A model generated the notes under the pieces. That model was given only the letters and a program-made list of their open reading frames with translations. It was not told the DNA's origin and made no database searches. Source: Terriglobia bacterium (lineage in GTDB: Bacteria > Acidobacteriota > Polarisedimenticolia > Polarisedimenticolales > JAIQFR01). Taken from it: a DNA stretch of 64,000 nt. Shown piece after piece: positions 58,087-64,000 of this stretch; within the stretch, counting starts at the first letter, position 1, and the number at the start of each line of letters is the position of its first letter. The stretch covers positions 480,001-544,000 of the forward strand of contig CAVVHE010000009.1 in assembly GCA_963748015.1 (NCBI GenBank). The letters run 5' to 3'. A program made the translations under genes and the position numbers.

Positions 58087-61000
58087 CTAGAACTTGCGGC
58101 TCAGAGTCACCGACGCCGCGTCGCGCGAGACCGCGAAGCGGGAGGACAGGGCGGCCACATAGGGGCTGGCGGCGGCGGGCTCGCCGTTGATCGTCTCGAC
58201 GGTGAGGGTGCGGGCGGGAGAGGCGGAGCGGGTGAGGGCGGCGTCGAGGAAGTCGAGGTAGTCCGGCAGGCGGGGGGCGTCCGGCGCCACGTGGAAGAGG
58301 AGCGACCGCCCCCGTCTCTCGGACACGGCGACGAGGCGCGCGCCGTGGAAGACGACGTGGCCTCCGGGCACCCGGCGCGTCAGGCGCGGGTCGAGACCGT
58401 CGAGCGCCAGGCCGCACGGCGATGCGGGGTCGGCGGCCTGGACCCACCAGACGCGCTCCTCGTCGAGACCGCGGCCGAGACGCTCGAGCGCCGCGGGGAT
58501 CGCGAACTGGAGGCCGGGGACGCCGGCGAAGAACTCGCCGGCCACGACCTCGCCCGACAGCTCCATCAGCCGAAGCGCCCGGAACAGCCGGCCCCAGCGC
58601 AGCGCGGGCAGCTCGCGCTCCAGCAGCTCGCGGAACACGACGCCGTATCTCGCGAGCACGAGCCGCGCGCGGTCTCTGTTCGCTTCGTCCGCCTCGAGCG
58701 CGTCGGACGGCTCCTCGGGCGGCGGCAAACGGAACCACGAGCCGCCGAACGGACGCGTCGCCTGCCAGCGGTCGAAGCGCAAGCGGCCCCGACCGCCGCC
58801 GGGCTGGCGCGGCGTTTCGGCCTCCGCGGGCTCGAAGCCCGTCGCGAGCCCGCGCCGCACCGCCGCGAAGCCGTCGCTCGCGACCTCGCCGCGCCAGACG
58901 AGCTCCCACAGCCGGCGGGAAAGCTCGGCGGACGAGAGGCCCGAGCCCCGCGTCAGCTCCTCGAACGTGAACCGGCCGGGGCCGGGCGGAAGAACCGCGG
59001 CGGCGTCCGCGCTCTCGCGCGGGGCGCGCTCCGCGAAGAGCTCGCGGTCTCCGGGAAGCGCGAACGCGACCCGCCGCTCGCCCTGCCCGCTCCATTCCAT
59101 GGCGCTTCCGGCCAGAAGCGCGTCGAGCCACTCGGGCCGGTAGCCGGGGAGGCGCGCGGGGAGGAGCTCGGTCTCCCACGCGCCCGCGGGCGCTGCCCAC
59201 CCGAGAACCGGCTCGATGGCGGCCTTGAGACCCGGTACTCCCGAACCCGTGCCGCCGAGACCTTGCCACTCGGCCAGGAAGAGCGGGAGCCTGTCGGCGG
59301 GGAGGGCCTCGAAGCGGGCGCGCGCGCCTCGTCGCATCGCGCGGAGGAGCGCCTCCAGGTTCTCGGCATCGCAGATCTCGAGGGACGAAGCGCCCGCGGT
59401 CAGGCGGTCGAGCACGACGCGCTGCGCCTCCGCGAGAGACTCGAGTGCCTCCTGCTCCTGCTCGTGCGTCAGCCCCAGAGCGCGCGCGGGGACGGACGGA
59501 TCCACCGGCCCGTAGAATCGCAGCACCTCCGCCAGGAGCTCCGCGCGCGGGTCGGCGTCGCCGGCATCCTCCTCGGGCTCGCCCGCGAGCGCGCGCCGCA
59601 CGCGCGGCAGGGCCTGCGCGGCAACCAGGACCTCCGGCCCTTCGCCTCCGCCGAGGCGGACCGCGACGGCCTTGGCGCCGAGCGCCCCGGCCAGCCGCGC
59701 GGCCTCGCCGCCGTGGTCCCGCTCGATCGCGGCCAGCAGCTCGTCCCACTCGCCCCGGGGGATGACGACCCGCTCCTCGAGCCAGCTCAGCAGCTCGTCG
59801 GGAGTCCTCGGGGCGTAGCCCGGCCATGTGCGCTGGAGCTTCCGCCGCAGCTCCTCCGCCGCGGTCACGGGGATGCTCGGCCTCAGGTGCGCCGCGAAGA
59901 CGACCTCGCGAAGGAGCCCCTCGCGCGGCGCCGCGCCGCCGGCAGGCTGCACGTCGTCCTCGTACATCAGCTCGTTGGTCCGCTTCCAGATCACCCCCGA
60001 GGCGAACGGCGACGGGTGGGCCGTGGTGACGACGCGCACCTCGATGCGGCCGTCGCGGATCTCGTCGAGGAGACGCTCGAGCCGGCTCGAGGTCGAACGC
60101 GTCGGCGAGGCACGCGCGCCACGCCTCGAGGAGGACCGGGAAGTCGTCGAAGCGGCTCGTCGCGTCGAACAGCTCCTTGGCCCGCTGGCGCGAGAGCCAG
60201 AGCGGGGTGCGCCGCTTGAACCCTTCCCTCGGCAGCAGCAGCGCGACGCCGGCCGCCTCGCGGAAGCGCGCGCCGAAGAACCCGGTGCCCTCGAGACGCT
60301 CGCGGACGAGCGGCTCGATCGATCCGGCGGAGAGGAGCGAAAGCAGCCCGGCGGGATCGACCCCGGCGGAGGCGAGCGCCGCGACGCAGTCGTCGTCGTG
60401 CGCGATCTCGACCGGCGCCCCGTGCCGCGCTTCCCACGCGGCGGCGAGGGCGAGCGCCAGCGGCCGGTGGACGCGCCCGCCCCAGAGCGTGTGGAGGATC
60501 ACCTGGTCGGAGGCAGAGCCCGCTCCCGCGATCCTCTCGATCACCACGCGGTGCCGGTGGGGGAGGACGCCGCCGAGCGCGTCCCGCTGCGCCTTCAGGT
60601 ACGCCAGCAGCACGCGCGCGGCGCCGGGCTCGAGCAGGTAGTGCGACTCGAGGCGCGCCGCGAACGCCGGGTCGTCGAGACCCGCGTCCGCCTCCTCGAG
60701 GAGCAGGGCGACCCGCTCGGACAGCTCGAACCCGCGGTCGCGCTCGTCGGCCCGCCAGAAGGGGGACATCGCCGCGCCCGCGCGGGCCGGCGAGACGAGC
60801 ACGTCGTTGTGGGTGATCCGCTCGATGCGCCACCCCTGCACGCCGAGCGTGAAGGTGTCGCCCACCTACCGCTCCCACACGAACTCCTCGTCGAGCTCGC
60901 CGAGGAGCGCCTGCGTCCCTTCGCGCCGCAGGTGGAAGTAGCCGCGGTCCGGGATCGTGCCGCCCGCCCATGTAGACGAGCCGCTCGGCCCCCGGGAGGC

Positions 61001-62462
61001 CGCGGACCGTTCCGTCGTCGCGGTCGATCAGGACGAGCGGGCGGAGCGGCCGGACCCGCGCGGACGCGAAGCGCCCCGCGAGCATCTCGATCACGAGATC
61101 GAAGGGGCGCCGCGCCAGGTTGCGGAACGGATCGGCCCCGCGGACGGTGTCCCAGAGCTCGTCGATGCGCCAGGTCTCGGTCGCGACCATCGAGAGAATC
61201 GACTGGGCGAGCACGTCGAGCGGGCCCTCGACGGGACGCACCGGCTCGATCTCGCCGTCGAGGACGGCCCGGGCGGCCGCGGCGGAATCCAGGAGGTCGC
61301 GGGGGTGGAGCGGGAGGAAGCGACCCCGGCTCGTCCCGCCGACCGCGTGTCCCGCGCGGCCGATCCGCTGCGCCGCGGAGGCGAGCGAGGGCGGGGTCTG
61401 CGCGAGGACCACCTCGTCGAGGCTCCCGATGTCGATCCCCAGCTCGAGGGAGTTCGTCGCGACGATGCCGCGCAGCTCGCCGCGCTTCAGGCGCTCCTCG
61501 ACCACGCGGCGGACCTCGCGGGAGAGGGAGCCATGGTGGGAGTACACGATCTGCTCGCCGGCGGCGTCGTTCACGAGGCGCGTGAGCTTCTCGACCATCC
61601 GCTTGCTGTTGGCGAAGACGAGGGTCGAGCGGTTCCTGCGCAGGGGCTCGCCCAGCTCTGCCGCCGTCGCGCGCCAGAAGGGGAGGGCCTCGCTCGAAAC
61701 CTCGGGGAGAGGCGGCGCGCCCGGCGGCTCCTCCCGCGCGTCCGGGAAGCCGACCGAGATCCGGTAGCGCTTCGGCTCGGTCGAGCGCACGATCGCGACC
61801 GGGCGGGGGGTTGCCGCGCCGCCCGGAGAGATCCTCGCCCCGCCCACCCACGCGGCGATCCGCTCGAGCGGGCGCACCGTCGCGGAGAGGGCGATCCTCT
61901 GGAACTCGCCGGCCTCGCGCGCCAGGCGCTCGACCCCGGCCGCGAGGAGCGCGCCTCGCTTCGTCCCCGCCACCGCGTGGACCTCGTCGAGGATCACGGT
62001 CTCGACGCCGGAGAGGAAGACCCGCCCCCGGCGAGACGTGAGAAGCACGTTGAGCGACTCCGGCGTGGTGACGAGGATCTCGGGGGGGTGCCGGAGCATC
62101 CGGGCCCGCTCGCCGGCGGGGGTGTCGCCGGTGCGGGTGGCCACGCGGATCGCCACGGCGCGCTCGCCGGCGGCGCCGAAGCGGGCGCCCAGCTCCTCCA
62201 GAGGGCCCAGGAGATTCCGGCGGACGTCGTTCCCCAGCGCTCGGAGCGGAGAGACGTAGAGGACGCGGACCGTGCCGGCTCCGGACGCGCCGGTCATGAG
62301 GCGGTCGAGCGCCGAGAGAAACGCCGCGAGGGTCTTGCCGCTCCCGGTCGGGGCGATCGCGAGAACGTGCTCGCCCGAGGCGATCCTCGGCCACGCCAGC
62401 CGCTGGATCCCGGTCGGCTCGCCGTAGCGCTCCGCGAACCACCGCGTCACGATCGGGTGCAC
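58087..62462 (-). pseudogene. lhr: Lhr-family SF2 helicase, disrupted (frameshifts near 60963 and 60084, in-frame TAG at 60866-68)
   Basis: APTGSGKT, TTPESL, DEVH, HHGSLS, ATNSLELGIDIG, QRIGRAGH; C-terminal LARYGVVFRE and AADPAS; spread over three frames. Confidence 0.85.
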
Positions 62463-62587
62463 GCCGGAGATTGTACGGGGTGGCGAAGCGTTCGGCCCGG
62501 GGTATCCTCCCAAGGCACCTCGAATCAATCCATGGATCGGCGCCGGGGCGGCACGGCCCCGGAGTCTTCTCTCACAGGAGGCAGGTA

Positions 62588-63484
62588 ATGCATCACCTGG
62601 TGGTCGTCACGGGAGCGGCGGGGAACGTGGGCGGGGAGATCGCGCGGAGGCTCCTCGCGCGGAAGGAGCGCGTGCGGGCCGTGGGCCGCGACGCGGCGCG
62701 CCTTGCCCCGCTGGCCGGGCTGGGCGCCGAGATCGCGACCGGCTCGGTGGAGGACGCCGCCTTCCTCGGGCGGGCCTTCGAGGGAGCCGGCGCGGTCTTC
62801 GCGACGATCCCGCCGAACGTGACCGCGCCCGACGTGCGCGCCTTCCAGCGCCGCGTTTCGGACGCGTTCGGCGCCGCGCTCGCGTCGTCGAAGGTCTCGC
62901 ACGTCGTCACGCTCAGCAGCATCGGCGCGGACAAGCCCGCGGGCACCGGGCCGATCGCGGGCCTCCACGACCTCGAGCAGAAGCTGAACGGTCTGGCCGG
63001 GGCCGCGATCGTGCACCTCAGGGCCGGTTTCTTCATGGAGAACACGCTCGCGAGCATCGGCCTGATCAAGGGGCAGGGGATCAACGGCAGCGCGATCCGC
63101 GGCGACCTGCCGATGGCGATGATCGCGACGCGCGACATCGGAGCGGTTGCGGCCGACCTCCTGGCCGAGCCGGCGTTCACGGGCAAGAGCGCGCGCGAGC
63201 TGCAGGGGCCGCGCGGCTACACGATGGCCGAGGCCACGACGATCCTCGGCCGCGCGATCGGCAAGGCGGATCTCCCGTACGTGCAGTTCCCGTACGACGC
63301 TACGAGGCAGGCCCTCGTCGGGATGGGGCTCTCGGCGAGCATGGCCGACCTCTACGTCGAGATGGCCCGCGCCTTCAACGAGGGGCACGCCAAGGCGCTC
63401 GAGCCGCGCTCGCCCCGCAACACGACGCCCACCACGCTCGAGGAGTTCTCGGCGACGTTCGCCGTGGCGTACAGGGCAAGCTGA
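62588..63484 (+). CDS. NmrA-like atypical SDR NAD(P)H-binding protein
   Basis: VTGAAGNVG, LSSIGA, LRAGFFMEN and IATRDIG motifs; RBS CAGGAGG. Confidence 0.92.
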   Translation: MHHLVVVTGAAGNVGGEIARRLLARKERVRAVGRDAARLAPLAGLGAEIATGSVEDAAFLGRAFEGAGAVFATIPPNVTAPDVRAFQRRVSDAFGAALASSKVSHVVTLSSIGADKPAGTGPIAGLHDLEQKLNGLAGAAIVHLRAGFFMENTLASIGLIKGQGINGSAIRGDLPMAMIATRDIGAVAADLLAEPAFTGKSARELQGPRGYTMAEATTILGRAIGKADLPYVQFPYDATRQALVGMGLSASMADLYVEMARAFNEGHAKALEPRSPRNTTPTTLEEFSATFAVAYRAS

Positions 63485-63626
63485 AGGGCGAGATCCAAGA
63501 GCGCCGGAGCGGCCGGGGAACCCAAGGGCACCCCGGCCCGTATAACCCATCGACAGAATCGAGCCGGGAAGCTGGGGGGCGTCCCGGCTCGCGTCGGCCG
63601 CGAAAACCGCGAAGGAGGTTCGACCC

Positions 63627-64000
63627 ATGGTGCCCACCATTCCCCTGCGACGTCGCAGGCGCTGGCCCTGGATCCTGCTGCTGCTGGTCGTCGTCGGCGC
63701 CGCGGGCGTCGGCATCGGCACGCTCCGGGGCGGCGGATCCGGGAGCAAGGCCAAGGTCAAGGCGGACGACCTCGACATCCGGCTCGGCAAGTCGGACGTC
63801 AGGGACATCCAGGTCACCGTCAACGAGGTCGGCACCATCGAGCCCGTGGTCAAGGTGGATGTGAAGTCCAGCCTGTCCGGGAAGGTCATCGACCTTCTGG
63901 TCCGGGAAGGGGACAAGGTCCGCGCAGGCCAAGTGCTCGCAAGGGTCGAGCCGGACGTGAACCAGGCGCAGACCCTTGCCGCCGTCCGCTCCGGGCTGAA
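63627..64000 (+). CDS. Efflux periplasmic adaptor (HlyD/MacA-like MFP), 3' truncated by window
   Basis: RBS AAGGAGG; MVPTIPLRRRRRWPWILLLL..., GTIEPVVKVDVKSSLSGKVIDLLVREGDKV. Confidence 0.85.
   Translation, partial: MVPTIPLRRRRRWPWILLLLVVVGAAGVGIGTLRGGGSGSKAKVKADDLDIRLGKSDVRDIQVTVNEVGTIEPVVKVDVKSSLSGKVIDLLVREGDKVRAGQVLARVEPDVNQAQTLAAVRSGL

Noticed and set aside
60866..60868. In-frame TAG in lhr as evidence of amber recoding or pyrrolysine
   Set aside because: Many genes in the window end at TAG at their expected C-termini, no pyl genes are present, and the same gene also has frameshifts
1..64000. tRNA, rRNA or tmRNA genes
   Set aside because: No cloverleaf/T-loop signatures or rRNA-like segments noticed in intergenic regions by eye; tRNAscan-SE or Infernal would be needed to exclude them formally

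Overview
High-GC bacterial chromosomal segment. The gene content (tandem Ser/Thr kinase-beta-propeller genes, ECF/anti-sigma/CHAT module, giant secreted proteins) suggests Acidobacteriota, which is an inference only. It holds about 45 CDS: many peptidases (M3, M28, M64, S8, S15/CocE, CHAT), envelope-stress and regulatory modules (LytS/LytTR with Lia-like membrane proteins, an OmpR-type two-component system, three ECF sigma cassettes), an RND efflux pair, Ada, a broken Lhr helicase and oxidoreductases. No rRNA, tRNA, CRISPR array, integrase or transposase was seen. Best candidate for a novel system: a ~3 kb islet (3017-6069) bounded by a 46-bp duplicated 3' end of the LytTR gene. It carries an AT-hook/GHKL (MORC-like) ATPase and a divergent NYN (PIN-fold) RNase preceded by a sigma70 promoter and a structured, switch-like leader RNA. 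Other highlights: a shared ~105-aa C-terminal domain on two unrelated giant secreted proteins (possible lineage-specific sorting domain); two Cys-rich standalone PDZ paralogs with identically spaced GTAAA/GTCAA boxes next to a two-component system; a secreted Cys/His/Pro tandem-repeat protein; and several REP/REPIN-like palindromes. Five single-base frameshifts in short homopolymers look like long-read errors.
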